A stretch of 64,000 bases of DNA from Eledone cirrhosa (GCA_964016885.1 OZ024751.1:4402001-4466000), one strand, 5' to 3'; positions 13,721 through 31,529 are shown, counted from the stretch's first letter. The notes: generated from the sequence alone by a model not told the origin. Translations and numbers: made by a program.

Positions 13721-16700
13721 TTAACGGTATCGAATCGGTGGTAAAATGTTCGGTCTCCATCTGGTGGATCTTGTGCTCTGCACTGGTGTCTGAGGTGTGT
13801 TGTTGGGCTGCTGATAGGTGGTTGGTGCCCGTTGGGGTGATGATTCTGTGGAAGCACGGATTCTGTGTGTGTCGTCATCTGCTGTGGGTGTTGCGCATGT
13901 TATCCTCGATAGCTTTGGTGTTGGGCGGATGTGGGCCCTGTTACGTCTCAGCTGCCTACCAGATTCAGTTTCTATAATATATGATCTTGGAATTTCCGCT
14001 CTACTGACAACTTGTGCTGGGATCCATGTTTTGGTTATAGGATCTTGAGTATGCACATGCTGTCCTCCAAGTATCTCAGGTAAGTATTGTGCATGTTTGT
14101 TGTAATATTTCTATGCTTGTGCTTGACTGGCTGCTAGCTTTGCCCTTGTCTCTTCCTGGTCAATAGGAGGTTGGATCTTAGTTGGCAGGGTGGTTTTGTA
14201 TTTCCTGCCATTCAGCATTTCTGCTGGGGATTTCATGTCAGTCCTCAGTGGTGTCGCTCGTAGGGACAGAAGTGCCAGGTGTGGGTCTTCCTTAGTTTCT
14301 CGGCATTTGACTAGTGTTCTCTTGACTGTCTGCATCTGTCTTTCTATGAATCCATGGCCTTTGGGGTAGTGTGGAGATGAGGTTATAATGTTGAACCCAT
14401 ACTCATCGGCTAGCTTTTTGAATTCCTGAGATGTGAACTGGGTTCCATTGTCACATATGATCTGCTCTGGTATTCCTTGCTCTGCTAGGAGTCCTCGAGC
14501 CACTGTAGTTATTGTTTTGGCCCTCAGGTCTTTCACTTTTCTCACAAATGGGAATTTGGAGTAGTAGCAGACCATAATCAAGTACCATTCTTGGTTCTCT
14601 GTGAACAGATCTACTCCAATAGTTTGCCATGGCCCTCTTGGAATGTCACTGGATATCATTTCCTCCTTTTGTTGTGAGTTTCTGTACTTTTGACAGATGT
14701 GGCATGTAGAAACCATCTTTTCTATGTCTTTGTACATGCCTATCCAATATACAGCTGACTTGGCTCGGAGTTTGCATTTTTCCATTCCCAGATGTCCTTG
14801 GTGGATCTTGACAAGAATCTCTTTTTGCATTGATTTGGGCATAATTATTCGGGATCCAGCCATCAGGATTCCATTCTCCACTGATATGTCATCATGGATG
14901 GCCCAATATTCACGAATGAGGGGCTGCACCTGATGTCTCTTCTCTGGCCACCCCTGAATCACCATCTGAGTAAGGAGCTGGAGTTCTTCATCTTTGCTGG
15001 TCTCCTCTTTGATTTGTTCCAGCTTTGTGTTTGTCACATTTACAATGTGGTGGACATTTACACTTAGTCCTTCCATTTCCTGTTTATCATGTGAGGATAG
15101 TCTGGAAAGAGCATCCGCCAATATCAGGTCCTTTCCTGGCTTGTACCTGATATTGTAGTCATATTTTTGGAGCCTCAACAGTAACCTTTGCAGTCTGGCT
15201 GGTGCTTTTGTGAGTTTTTTTTTGTATATTTATTCTAGCGGGCGATGGTCTGATTCAATATTGAAATATCTGCCATACAGGTATGTGTGAAACTTTTCAC
15301 AGCCATATACTACTGCCAGGAGTTCCCTTTCAATGTTTGCATACCTTGTCTCTGTGGGTGAGAGAGCTTTCGAGGCATATGCAATAGGTTTACCTTCTTG
15401 TATCAATGCTGCGCCAACTCCTCTCATAGAAGCATCAACTTGGAGTGTTACTGGTTTGCATCTATCATAGTACTGCAGAGTTGTCTCCTTACTGATGAGC
15501 TTTTTGATTGCATTGAAATCCTGTGTGTGCGATGCACACCAATCAAACTCTATGTCATCTTTCATTAGCTCTCGGAGGTTTGCAGTATGATCGGCCAGCT
15601 TAGGTATGAAGGCTCCACATATAGTGGATGAGTCCCAGGAAGCTTCCGAGTTCCTTCTTATCTTTGGGTTCTCTGATGTCACTGATGGCTTCCACTTTAG
15701 CGGGGTCTGGTTTCACTCCCTCTGCAGAGTATACCATTCCAAAATTTGCACTCTTTTGCTTTGATCATACACTTGTCTACAATGAGTTTGATACCTGCTT
15801 GTCGGGTTTTCTCCATAGCTTCATGTAGATTGAAGTCATGTGTGATCTCATCCTTGCCATGCACTTGGATATCGTCTGCTATCCCAATTGCTCCCTTGCA
15901 GCCTTGGTAGGCCTCATCTATTTGGCGCTGTAAAACATCTTGGCTCACCTTCAATCCAAATGGGAGTCGGTTGAATCGGTATCTGCCAAATGGTGTGTTG
16001 AAGGTAGTTAGCATCGATGATTCTTTGTCTATCTTTAAGTTCCAGTACCTATTACTGGCATCCAGTTTGCTGAATATCTTGGATCCAGCTAATGATGGTG
16101 TGATTTCTTCAAGGGTTGGAATTGGGTAGTAATCTCGTTTTAATGCCATGTTCAGATCTCTTGGGTCGAGGCATATTCGTAAGGTACCATTGGCTTTTTC
16201 TTTGATTACAATTGAATTCACCCAGTCAGTTGGTCCTGTCACTTTGGTGATTATTTCCTTTTTCTCCATTCTGTCTAACTCTGCCTTCAGCTTCTCTTTT
16301 AATTCCAGCGGAACGCGGTGAGGTGGGTGAACAATTGGTTTGGCATTGGGGTCGACTGTTATATGGTATCGACATTTCTCAAAACACCCGACTGTATCGT
16401 CAAAGCATTCTGGGTACATGCTTATCAGTTCTTCTTTATTTGTGATTGGTGGTCGGTCTTGGAGCTGCCTTCACTTCCTCGTTGACTGACACAATATTAA
16501 GATTTTGACAGGTATTAAGTCCAAGACAGGTATTAAGTCCAAGAATTGCAGGTCCTTCTGTTCTTGTGACATAAAAAGAACACTTGATTATTTTTCCTTT
16601 GTGTCCCTGTAATGGTTGTTTTGCCCAGTTGTGGAATCCTGGTACCTCCGTATGCAGTGAGGATTACATCACTTGGTGTGAGGATTCCTTCTTTGACTTT

Positions 16701-18548
16701 ATCCTCTTGTGTCATGTGTTCTGGGAACATCTTTTTGTAGAGGTTGACAGGCAAGATATCACTCTGGGCTCCAGTGTCAATCTTGAGCTTTAAGTCAATG
16801 TTTATTCGTTTCTTGACTGACGTCTTTTGGATTTGTATTGTTGTGTATGCTTCATTTTTTTTCTGGTTGTCATTTCCCATCTCATGTACATTTATTGTGC
16901 CGACTGCCAAGAATTCCTCCCCTGAGGTGTTTTCTTCCTGTTGTTGGGCATGTATGTCTCTTTGTCTTCTCTTTCCGCTCCTCTTTGGAAACTGGGGCTT
17001 GTATTTGTGAGATTTTGTTAGTCTACACATTTTTCCCCAGTGGTTGGGCTTTCCACATGCTTTTCAGTGTGTACCAAATGCAGGACATTTCGTCCGGTCA
17101 TTGAACTCATGCTCTGTACCGCAGTACTGACATGTTCCCTGTTTGTGGGTATGTTTCGTTCTATGTCTGGATACAATATCTACACTGCTGCCTATTGTGT
17201 TTGTTTGTAAAGTAAGTTAGGCCATTTGTTTGGTAATGGCTTCGAATGCTCTTGCAGTGTCTACTGCTTCCATCAACTGGAGAGCATCCTTACCTATGAG
17301 ATCTCATAGGTAAGGATTTCTGGACTTCTTTGTGAGCACACCCCCATATTAGTTGATCAACAATCCTTTCGTCCTTGTCTTTGAATCTGCATTTCTCGGC
17401 AACATTCTTTAGTCTGGACAGGAAGTTGTCAATTGTTTCTTGTGGGTCTTGTGTCAGGCCCTGGAATTCGTACCTATGAATTCTATGGTTTGATCTGGGC
17501 TCTAGGTGCCTTTCAAATTTCTCTAAAAGTGTGTCTGGATTATTGCAATCCGATTCTGACATGTCCAAACTATTGAATAGGTCTAGGCCCTTCTCTCCCG
17601 TCCATAAAAGGATGTAGCTTACCCTTTCATTGGCAGTTGTACCTTTCAGAAAGGTTTTGAAAACCAATTGAGGGCGATATCCAATTTTAGTGGACTAAAT
17701 GGTGCTTACGTGCTGTAGTTGCTGCTTACTTCAATGTATGAGGCTATTCCAACAAATTTACATTCCCTTTTTTTTAGCCGTTAAAAGAAATATAGATTTA
17801 TTTATTGTTTTTTTTTGCGATTTATTTGTCACTGGGGCATAGATTTCTTTATTTGCCACGTTTTTGTTTGTTTGTTTGTTTTTTTTGCCGATCTGTTGGG
17901 ATATGTCGCCGGCCAACAAATGGTCCTCTTCTTCCGATACCACTTCGAAAGAAGGATCAAGGTGGAGAGAAAGGCACTCAGTCCCAGCCAATTCCATGAA
18001 AGATGGGTGAAAGTAGCAGTAATGGCCCGTGTAAGTGGGCCATCTCTCTATATCGGCTTGTACAGGTAAGAGAAGAAGGGAGCACCCCCTCTCTCTGTGC
18101 TCCCTGGCAGAAAGGTCGCACACTTTCTACGGGGGTGTGTGTGACCCCAAAAGGCTGCCTCTCTATTGAGGACTTAATTTTTTATATTCCTTTTTAATCA
18201 CTCGTTAAATGTTTGTACTTGATTTTTGTAAAAACTTCCCCCGTGGCAAAAACGAGGCAAATAAAGAAATCTATGCCCCAGTGGCAAATAAATCGCAAAA
18301 AAAAAAACCAATAAATAAATCTATATTTCTTTTAACGGCTAAAAAAAAGGGAATGTAAATTTGTTGGAATAGCCTCATACATTGAAGTAAACAGCAACTA
18401 CAGCACGTAAGCAGCATTTAGTCCACTAAAATTGGATATCGCCCAATTGAGTTTTCTGTTTGAATTTCTTGAACGCTTCCACGATATCATCGGCGTCCCA
18501 GTTAATGGTCGGATGTAGATTCATCTGTACGGCGACGGGGGCCGCCAT
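13721..18548 (-). pseudogene. Fragmented gag-pol of the Mag-like element
   Basis: Gag fragments, Cys/His knuckles near 17030-17135, protease IDTGAQ, RT IADD, RNase H DASMRGVGA, integrase HQGHLG..C..C and DNGTQF. Several frameshifts. Confidence 0.9.
17673..18443. mobile_element. Non-autonomous DNA transposon (Merlin-like MITE), ~190-bp TIRs, 8-bp TSD
   Basis: Termini GGCGATATCCAATTTTAGTGGAC...GTCCACTAAAATTGGATATCGCC. TSD CAATTGAG (17665-17672, 18444-18451). Removing it restores gag QKTQLVFKTFLKG. Confidence 0.88.
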
Positions 18549-19632
18549 TTTGGATTCTCGTGTGTATGTACGAAGACGAAGTGATATTCAGTTTGTTAAA
18601 TTTCAGGTTTGTTGTGTTCCTGTTTTGTTGTAAAGGCACGGTTTTCGATTAAGTATTTATCGCTGCCACCATGTTATGTATTCTTGTGAGATTTTGTTGG
18701 GATAATAAACAACTCACTGAAGGCGTTAGCATGATTCTACGTGTTTACTTACTTGGCATGTTTTTAGCGGATTGATACATACTGTGCGTATCCGCCTTAG
18801 ACACAGTTCCTACTGTTTACTAGATGCGCTTAACAAAATAGTACTAATAGTGGGGGTGTATTCATTGTTGTGTATATCTATGCATACACATAGGTATGAA
18901 CGTGTAACAGTATCATTTAATAAAGGATTGTTTATTTCGACTTTTAAAGCCCTTCTGAAGTTATTATTTTACATAAGTAAGACGATGTGTTGTCCGTTCA
19001 TTGACAATATATCGTTTTTCTTTATTGGTGAACCCGACCAGGAACCCCGTTAACTTATATAGTCTTCCTGCCTACCTTGCGAGTACACTTACAAAAAAAA
19101 ATTATTTATATATTTTCCCTCTCTTTCACACAAACAAAAATAATATATTGCTGCATATCAAATGTTACTTTCTTCCCCTTGCATCAACTTCGCTCTCTCT
19201 TTAAAAAAAAAAAAAAAATTTAAAAAATAACAAAGGGAAAGGATTTCTTCGGATTTTAACTTTTGCTGGCAAACTTACGATAAGGTTCCAAGATGGCCGA
19301 TTAAGAAACTAACTTTGGATGAAGAAGACGTCATGTGACACGACACAGCCAATCAAATCGCTTAGAATGAGGAAGACAAGCTAGACGCGGGAAAACAAAG
19401 TTTTTGAGACGCCATTTTCGAATTTTAAGACTGACTAACTTTCATGGAGAACAATAATTTTTTTTTTTTTGTGGTTTTATTCGAGTTAATTTTGACCGGC
19501 GACAGATTGGCGCACTTGTTTACAGTAGATTCGCCTGAATGAGATTTTGATATCCAGTGTCAACTTTTCGCTGTTTGGCCGCTGCGGAGAAACACTTCCG
19601 TTCTTTAAGGGTTCATCGTGTCTCTGGACATC

Positions 19633-20417
19633 ATGAATTCGCATAATTTGCCGATATTTGCGGGCGATATTAAGCTCTGGTTTTCGCAGCTTGAATGCTA
19701 TTTCGATTTAACCAAAACCAAAGAACAGCATAGACTGAAGGTACTAGTTAGTGGCTTGCCTGTGTCGTTGGCATATTCCGTGAAGGATGTGGTAACCAAT
19801 TTAGCCGCAGACGTTACTTATGGCTCATTGAAAGGGGAAATTCTTCGGAGGAATACCAAGTCAGTGGAAAGTCGTTTTCGGGAATTGTTAGATGATGTGC
19901 AAATGGGTGACAGGACACGAAGCTCCTATTTGCGACATCTGCGGGAGTTGAGCGACTCCCAGGGGATGGACACCCATTCCTCAAACAACTGTTTTTCTCC
20001 CGTTTACCGCCAAGTGCGCAGATAGTTTTGGTCAATAATTTGGAGAGGGAGTCGTTAGATCAACTTGCCGCATCCGCGGATAGAATACTAGAGGTGGACT
20101 CTAACAGCAGTCGGCATAATCCTTGTGTGGCTTCTTCTTCTGTTACCCCACGCAATTCTTCTGTGGCCGACAGCAAACTGTTGGAGATGATCGAAGCGCT
20201 CATCAAAAAAGTGGAGGATTTGACCGTGCAACACAGAGAGCCTTCTCAACGTTTGAGGTACCGTTCGCCACCGTCTTCTGTTTCTCGCCAACACTACACT
20301 TCAGGCAGCAGTAATTCTTCGATTTGTTGGTATCGTGTTAACTTTGGTAGTCGGGCGCAACGTTGTCGCGCGTCCTGTAATTACAGGAAGTCGGAAAACG
20401 TAAAGCAGAGCCACTAG
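19633..20417 (+). pseudogene. gag: Gag of the CsRn1-like element (one frameshift near 19980)
   Basis: LPIF..DIKLWFSQLECYF N-terminus and a C-terminal CHCC-like knuckle, split between ORFs 19618-20025 and 20028-20417. Confidence 0.8.
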
Positions 20418-20652
20418 AGGCGGCTAGTGAACTCTGGAAAAATCGACCGAACCGCCATCTTTTCGTGTACGACCTGGGTAGAAAACATTTTTCCTCGTCG
20501 ATACTGGCGCGTCACTGAGTATTTGGCCAGTCGGTTATCTCGAAAAAACCCCGTCTGAATCCACTATCAATTTACGAGCAGTTAACCATACGGCGATTCG
20601 AACTTATGGGAAAATTTCGCTTCCTCTTAGGTTTAAAGATCTTCGTCGTGAT

Positions 20653-23400
20653 TTGAAGTGGAAGTTTACTATCGCCGACTTGCCATATGCCATTTTGGGA
20701 GCGGATTTCCTCCACCATTTTTCCTTGTCGGTGGACATCCGCAGACAACGCCTTTTTGATGCTGAAACAGGCCTATCGTTCGAGGGTTCGAAGCCGGAGG
20801 TCGCCACAGTCAGCCCTTCTTTTTTCTTGGCCGAAGTGGGCAACCAGTATCACAGCCTGTTACATTCATTCCCTCAGTTGACGCAAGGAAAGTTACGAAT
20901 TACTAGTCCGGATCATGTGATTGAACACTTCATATCGACTATAGGACCACCTGTTGTCTCACGTCCTCGAAGATTATCTGCAGAGAAGTTGAAGGCTGCA
21001 CGGTCCGAATTCGACCACATGCTGGACTTGGGAATAATTCGGCGTTCCACAAGTCCTTGGGCATCTCCTCTACATATGGTACGCAAATCTTCTAGTGATT
21101 GGAGACCGACGGGCGATTACCGGCGTTTAAACGCGATTACTGTGCCCGATCGTTATCCAATCCCGCATTTGCAGGATTTTGCATCGTCATTGCAGGGTTG
21201 CAAAATCTTTTCTAAGCTTGATTTGATCCGCGCTTATAATCAAATTCCGGTTAAAAAGGAGGATATTCCAAAGACTGCTATTGCCACTCCTTTCGGATCA
21301 TTCGAGTTCCTCACTATGCCTTTCGGACTTAGAAATGCTGCAAGTACCTTCCAACGATTCATGGATGATGTCACTCGTGGTCTCGATTTTGTTTACATGT
21401 ATATCGATGATGTACTGATTGCTAGTTCTTCTGAACAACATTCCAAACATCTGGATATCTTATTTCGGCGTTTACAGAAATATAATGTTCGTGTTAATGC
21501 TCCTAAGTGTGTTTTCGGCTCGACATCGCTAACATTTTTGGGCCATCTTATTGATGCCGATGGTATTCGGCCACTTCCGGAAAAAGTTAAGACAATTTTG
21601 GATTTGCCTCCGCTAAGTTCGCTTCGACAATTACGGCAATTCTTGGGCCTTGTGAATGTTTATAGGCGATTCGTGCCTAATTGTTCCAGCTTACTGTCCT
21701 CGTTGACAGAAATTTTTAAAAACTGTCGACAGAAGAATATGAACATTTCATTAAATACAACGCACCTGGCGGATTTTGAGAAAGTGAAGAAAGCGTTAGC
21801 GACTGCATCTTTGCTCGCCCACCCCATGCCCAACGCCGAGCTGTCTCTCTGTGTTGATGCTTCGGATAGCGCCGTGGGCGCAGTCTTACAGGAGAAGTGT
21901 GATGGGTTACAGCAACCACTCGAGTTCTTTTCGAGAAAGTTAAATCCTGCCGAAACTCGCTATAGCACCTTTGGAAGGGAGCTATTAGCAATTTATTTAT
22001 CAGTGAAACATTTTGCTCATGTACTTGAAGGTAGAACTTTCACCATTTTCACTGATCATAAACCTTTGACGTTTGCTCTTCGAACTAAAGCAGACAAATA
22101 CTCGCCCAGAGAAACGAGACATCTGGACTTCATCTCACAGTTCACGAACGACATTCAACATATTCCGGGTTCTTTGAATACAGCGGCCGATGCGCTGTCT
22201 CGCCTGTCGATCGCATCGATTTCGTCTTCCGAGGAGATAGATTTACATCGAATGGCAGCTGCTCAACCCACTCTCGAATCGTTGGATGTTACATCGCCAG
22301 AGTTTGTACATTGCAAACTGAAATACATTCCGATCTCAACTGTTGACGGACAAATACTGTGTGATGTTTCGTTGGACTCACCACGACCTCTAGTCCCAGT
22401 GGAACATCGACGAACTGTGTTTCTCGCTTTACATGGCATTTCTCACCCAGGAGTATCAGCCTCAGTAAAACTCACAACAGCCAGATTTTTCTGGCATGAT
22501 ATGAGACGTGACATTGCTGCTTGGTGTCGTTCCTGTGTCGCTTGCCAACAAGCGAAAGTTCATAAACATGTTAAGGCTCCTTTCGGAACCTTCACCTGCC
22601 CGGATGCGAGATTTCGTCACATTCATGTGGACATCGTCGGCCCGTGGCCGGTTAGTCGTGGTTTTTCGTATCTTTTGACGATTGTTGACCGTTTTTCGCG
22701 TTGGCCTGAAGCCGTTCCTATAACAGATATCACCGCTGAAACCACAGCCCGTACTCTCGTATCTTCTTGGATCGCTCGTTTCGGTGTACCAACCACCATA
22801 ACAACGGATCGTGGTCGCCAATTTGAGTCGAACCTCTTCCGAGAATTAACCCAAATCCTTGGGGCTATTCGAATAAGAACCACGGCTTACCACCCAGCCT
22901 CAAACGAAATGGTGGAAAGATTCCACAGGCAACTCAAAGCCTCCTTAAGGGCTTCCATGGACTCTTCACGTTGGAAAGAGTACCTACCTATTGTGTTGTT
23001 GGGTATTCGGTCGACGGTAAAGGTGGACCTTGGTTTCTCCTCTGCCGAATTAGTTTATGGTACTCCTCTGGCGTTACCGAGGCAAATGCCGGCCCCTTTT
23101 GACCTGACTTCGCAGGACCCCGCTTTCTACGTGTCCCGGCTTCACTCTTATTTCAAGGATCTACCACCGATGGGCACTAGGAAGAAAACAGTAAAAACTG
23201 CCGTCCCAAGGGATATTGCCTTGTGGACACATGTGTTCGTTAGAGACGACGCCGTGAGACCCCTCTTCAACGGCCGTACTCTGGACCCTATCGTGTGCTC
23301 GCTCGCACAGACAAACATTTCACACTGGACATTCGGGGTTCCAGGGAAACGGTTTCCGTTGATCGTCTCAAACGAGCAAACCTGGACAATGACACAATGA
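20653..23400 (+). CDS. pol: Pol (RT-RNase H-integrase) of the CsRn1-like element; protease FLVDTGA lies just upstream (~20490)
   Basis: 915-aa ORF with [30 protein letters not shown] zinc-binding motif and integrase DIVGP/TDRGRQF/VERFH. Confidence 0.93.
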   Translation: MKWKFTIADLPYAILGADFLHHFSLSVDIRRQRLFDAETGLSFEGSKPEVATVSPSFFLAEVGNQYHSLLHSFPQLTQGKLRITSPDHVIEHFISTIGPPVVSRPRRLSAEKLKAARSEFDHMLDLGIIRRSTSPWASPLHMVRKSSSDWRPTGDYRRLNAITVPDRYPIPHLQDFASSLQGCKIFSKLDLIRAYNQIPVKKEDIPKTAIATPFGSFEFLTMPFGLRNAASTFQRFMDDVTRGLDFVYMYIDDVLIASSSEQHSKHLDILFRRLQKYNVRVNAPKCVFGSTSLTFLGHLIDADGIRPLPEKVKTILDLPPLSSLRQLRQFLGLVNVYRRFVPNCSSLLSSLTEIFKNCRQKNMNISLNTTHLADFEKVKKALATASLLAHPMPNAELSLCVDASDSAVGAVLQEKCDGLQQPLEFFSRKLNPAETRYSTFGRELLAIYLSVKHFAHVLEGRTFTIFTDHKPLTFALRTKADKYSPRETRHLDFISQFTNDIQHIPGSLNTAADALSRLSIASISSSEEIDLHRMAAAQPTLESLDVTSPEFVHCKLKYIPISTVDGQILCDVSLDSPRPLVPVEHRRTVFLALHGISHPGVSASVKLTTARFFWHDMRRDIAAWCRSCVACQQAKVHKHVKAPFGTFTCPDARFRHIHVDIVGPWPVSRGFSYLLTIVDRFSRWPEAVPITDITAETTARTLVSSWIARFGVPTTITTDRGRQFESNLFRELTQILGAIRIRTTAYHPASNEMVERFHRQLKASLRASMDSSRWKEYLPIVLLGIRSTVKVDLGFSSAELVYGTPLALPRQMPAPFDLTSQDPAFYVSRLHSYFKDLPPMGTRKKTVKTAVPRDIALWTHVFVRDDAVRPLFNGRTLDPIVCSLAQTNISHWTFGVPGKRFPLIVSNEQTWTMTQ

Positions 23401-24578
23401 CACTTGAAACTCAAATGCCCCCTTCTTTTTCTTTGCCACATACGCCTATTTCTTCCCCCCCCCACCATCAACACACAGAACTACGACCCGTTCTGGGCGA
23501 AGGGTGCATTGACCCCGTAAGCTATGCAGTAATATAAACTGAATTGTATTCTTTTCTTCTTCCAATTGTTTTTGCTGTATATTTCATTGTGCTGCTTTTT
23601 GACTCCTGACTGCCTATGGCAGTATCAATATATATTATTTTTCGTTATATCCCGTAACATTACGGTTGTTGCCAGTTTAAATGCATTTCATTGTTCAGTG
23701 CATTTTTGTAACCTTGCTACATATGGCATTTTCATTGCCTAGCACAATTTTTTTGTTTATCGCATATGGGGCCCCTTTACTGCGAATGGTATTTTTTAAT
23801 GCATTTTGCATTTATTGCTGTACATTTTTCTGTGTTAATGCTTGCACGCATGAACCTATTTCTCTTTCCGATGCTTCGTTTTGAAACATGCTTCCACATT
23901 TTGTAAACTGTACCTTGTGGGTCCTTGGCTTCATCGTTAACGATTTTCGGCTAAAAATCTGCCCGGAGGTGATGTAGTGACTAGCGAGTTACTTCCCTTG
24001 TATCTCCTATATTTAAGGCACTATCTTAAATATAGGGGAGGCTATTGAGTGATAAGGGTAGCTGATCTCTCTCTTCCACGCTGGCTACAATGGAAATCGG
24101 ACGTACAAATATTCTTCTCCGATTATGACGGCCCGACTTGGTGGGTGTACCCTATGGAATGCCTTTGTTTGGAACCAAAGACTTTGTGACGCCTCGTCTC
24201 CTGCATACACACATATCCTTTCGTTTAGCTCTGTCCATAAAATAATAATTAAGCCATTTCTGTTAATCCGCAAGGTATGTAGGGTTTGAATCAACTTTTG
24301 TATAGAGTTTATTAAATGTATCATTTAATAAAGGATTGTTTATTTCGACTGTTAAAGCCCTTCTGAAGTTATTATTTTACATAAGTAAGACAATGTGTTG
24401 TCCGTTCATTGACAATATATCGTTTTTCTTTATATATATATATATATATATATATAAGTATGTATACGTACATACATATATGTATACAGACGTACAGTAG
24501 TATGTATATATATATATACATACATACATGCACACATATATATATGTACGTATGGATTCACCGGTGAATCCATACGTA

Positions 24579-24927
24579 TGTAGCAGGAGTTGCCTCCCTT
24601 GTTGTGACACTCACATCCCCAATAGATTAACGCTCTCTAGACAGGAAGTAGAACCCTTTCTGTAACTTCCGGTCAGAACCCTATAAAACTAACAACTTTA
24701 AGTTCTCTCTCTCTCATTCGCCTTTTCGGCTCCTGGCCTTCGCCAGGAGTTGTCGCCCAGGCGCGTTCACCTGGCAACCAAACGGTAACTAATAACTTTG
24801 TTTCATTCTCTCATCTATTCATTGACATGTCAACTATACTGTTCTATATATCCACAAATTGTTTATTAAATATTATACACAAACCAATCGTCTTTGTTAC
24901 ATTCATACACACTAGTATTTTGTTATA
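24579..24927 (+). mobile_element. Solo LTR related to the CsRn1-like LTR
   Basis: Starts TGTAGCAGGAGTTGCCTCCCTTGT (compare TGTAGTGACTAGCGAGTTACTTCCCTTGT). Has CTATAAAA and ATTAAA signals and a CGTA duplication on both sides. Confidence 0.7.
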
Positions 24928-25077
24928 CGTACATATATATATATATGTGTGCATGTATGTATATATACATACTACTGTACGTCTGTATACATATATGTAT
25001 GTACGTATACATACTTATATTTAAGTAACAGCCGTACTAAGAGGGAGAAATGAAATTTCGTTTCATTTTTTTCCGTT

Positions 25078-29010
<3,933 letters not shown>

Positions 29011-29260
29011 ATAAATTAACGGAGCCATATAACCTCGCCATTCCCTGTAAATAATGTGCTCAAAGGAGAAGAAATCCTGAGCTCTTTAAAATACAATATG
29101 TTGAAAAGGTAACACACTAGAGAGAGATATACAGTGCGCTATCAATAAAACAGGGAAAAACCACCAGTGTATGGAATCTATAACCTATGAAAGACAGACT
29201 ATAGACACGATAATTAAAAATATAAATTAAAGCGTAAATAAATACCTTTATAACTATATA

Positions 29261-29343
29261 ACACACGTACAAATCCAAAGAGATCTGTTTCGCCAGTAAG
29301 TTGTTGACAGAAATGGAATAACCCCGGTTCCTCAGCGTGTGTA
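29261..29343 (-). ncRNA. Type I hammerhead ribozyme motif (canonical CTGAGGA)
   Basis: ACACACG-CTGAGGA-ACCGG..CTGGC-GAAA-CAGATC..GATTTG-TA-CGTGTGT. Confidence 0.8.
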
Positions 29344-29620
29344 AGGCTATACATTTCAGACAACACTAAGAGAATTTTAAAAGTGACTGTCCAGCTACAC
29401 GTGGGAGAGAGAGGTCACAGCGTGTTTAAGGGCAGTGAACCTGAGGCCTCTGAGGGACGAGCTGCTAGAAAGGGCAGCCCCAAACCACTCAGAGAAGTGT
29501 GCCCAACCAAACAGAGAGATAGGAAAGACTGTTATAAGGAGCGAAATATCACGATAAATTAATGGAGCCATAGACCCTCAATTTTAAAATTCTCTTAGTG
29601 TTGTCTGAAATGTATAGCCT

Positions 29621-29704
29621 TACACACTCTGAGGAACCGGGATTATTCAATTTCTGTCAACAACTTACTGGCGAAACAGATCTCTTTGGATTTGTACGTG
29701 TGTG
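29621..29704 (+). ncRNA. Type I hammerhead ribozyme motif (inverted copy of 29261)
   Basis: CTGAGGA 29629-29635, GAAA 29673-29676, GTA 29694-29696. Confidence 0.75.
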
Positions 29705-29846
29705 ATATAGTTATAGAGGTATTTATTTACGCTTTAATTTATATTTTTAATTATCGTGTCTATAGCCTGCCTTTCATAGGTTATAGATTCCATAAACTGG
29801 TGGTTTTCCCTGTTTTATTGATAGCGCACTGTATATCTTTCAACAT

Positions 29847-29934
<88 letters not shown>

Positions 29935-30035
29935 ATATATATATGACATATATATATGATATATATATATGATATATATATATATATATATATATATGAT
30001 ATATATATATGATATATATATATGATATATATATA

Positions 30036-30080
<45 letters not shown>

Positions 30081-30097
30081 ATGATATATATGATATG

Positions 30098-30128
<31 letters not shown>

Positions 30129-30129
30129 A

Positions 30130-30210
<81 letters not shown>

Positions 30211-30231
30211 ATATATATATATATATATATA

Positions 30232-30268
<37 letters not shown>

Positions 30269-30455
30269 ATATATATATATAAATCAGGAAAGAAGGTTGA
30301 CATGGTTTGCTATACAAAAAAGTTTTAATCACATAGCTTACATTTGTTTCACTGAGCTGGTAGGTCTAAAGATTACTATGGTTCATTGATTACTCAACGA
30401 ATACAGTTTTACAATAAATTAGAAGCACTAAACAGTAAATTTCCTGGAGTTTTTA

Positions 30456-30797
30456 ATATTATTCAAAATGTTAACAAATGAAAAATATTCGCATAATCAA
30501 AATATATACTTTATTATATATATTTCAAAGGTACTGTGTTGTTTTTTCAGTACGTCCTTATCAGATAAAATATATGATTTGATATATGACATACCGCTAC
30601 GGTCTTGATTATTCAATTCCCATATTGGTAGTATGAGAATTGAATAATCAAGACCGTAGCGGTAAGTCATATATCAAATCATATATTTTATCTGATGAAA
30701 ACGTACTGAAACAACACAGTACCTTCGAAATATATATAATAATGTATATATTTTGATTATGCGAATATTTTTCATTTGTTAACATTTTGAATAATAT
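30456..30797. repeat. Fold-back inverted repeat, ~160-bp arms
   Basis: 30456-30619 is the reverse complement of 30637-30797 with a few differences. Confidence 0.85.
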
Positions 30798-30924
30798 ATA
30801 TATGTATATATATGTATATGTATATATAAGTATGTATATATATGTATGTATATGTAACAGCCGTACTAAGAGTGAGAAATGAAATTTCGTTTCATTTTTT
30901 CCGTTTATATATATATATATATAT

Positions 30925-31488
30925 AAATCAGGAAAGAAGGTTGACATGGTTTGCTATACAAAAAAGGTTTAATCACATAGCTTACATTTGTTTCACTGAG
31001 CTGGTAGGTCTAGAGATCGCTATTCGCTTATTTTCGCGTTACTCGATCGCCAATACAAAATTATAACCAGTCAGATCTTCGGAGCATGCGAGAATGAAGA
31101 AAATACACAGGCAAGAAAAGAATATACAGGCTACTATATGAAGTAGTAATGGCATTCAATTAGAACAATAACAACAATTACAACAATGCTATTAATAAAT
31201 TATTTAAGGAGACCCTGACATTACTTAGGTGGGGGGGGGGGGGGGGTTTATAATGTATCTAACGTTACGGCGTGTAAAACTAGCTGTCATGGGGCAAAAG
31301 AAAGCGTTTGGCATGTACAGAGTATCGAAGTGTATATCAATTTTAAATTTTAAAGATAAGCTAGTGTTTACAGTCTTTCTCTTCATCTTCAATAGTATAC
31401 ATGAGTGGGACAACACTGTCAAAGCTAAATAGTTGTTGAGTTAATACAGAGGTTAACGAAGTAATATACGGATATATTTACGCACACA

Positions 31489-31529
<41 letters not shown>

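Larger units (their letters stand above)
13273..18909 (-). mobile_element. Ty3/Gypsy LTR retrotransposon, Mag-like clade, nested in the CsRn1-like LTR
   Basis: LTRs 13273-13509 and 18672-18909 (TG...CA; I see one substitution and one indel). 5-bp TSD GTATC (13268-13272, 18910-18914). PBS TGGTGGCAGCG (tRNA-Leu-like). PPT AAGAAGGGA at 13510-13518. Confidence 0.95.
12935..24432 (+). mobile_element. Ty3/Gypsy LTR retrotransposon, CsRn1-like clade, with an interrupted 5' LTR
   Basis: 5' LTR 12935-13272 plus 18915-19024, 3' LTR 23973-24432. PBS TGGTGAACCCGAC (tRNA-Trp-like) at 19026. Gag motif CWYRVNFGSRAQRCRASC (CHCC-type). TATA flanks at both ends. Confidence 0.92.

Noticed and set aside
30692-30725. 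CTGATGA...GAAAC...GTA hammerhead-like motif
   Set aside because: No stem I pairing, and the inverted partner copy reads CTGATAA and lacks GAAAC.
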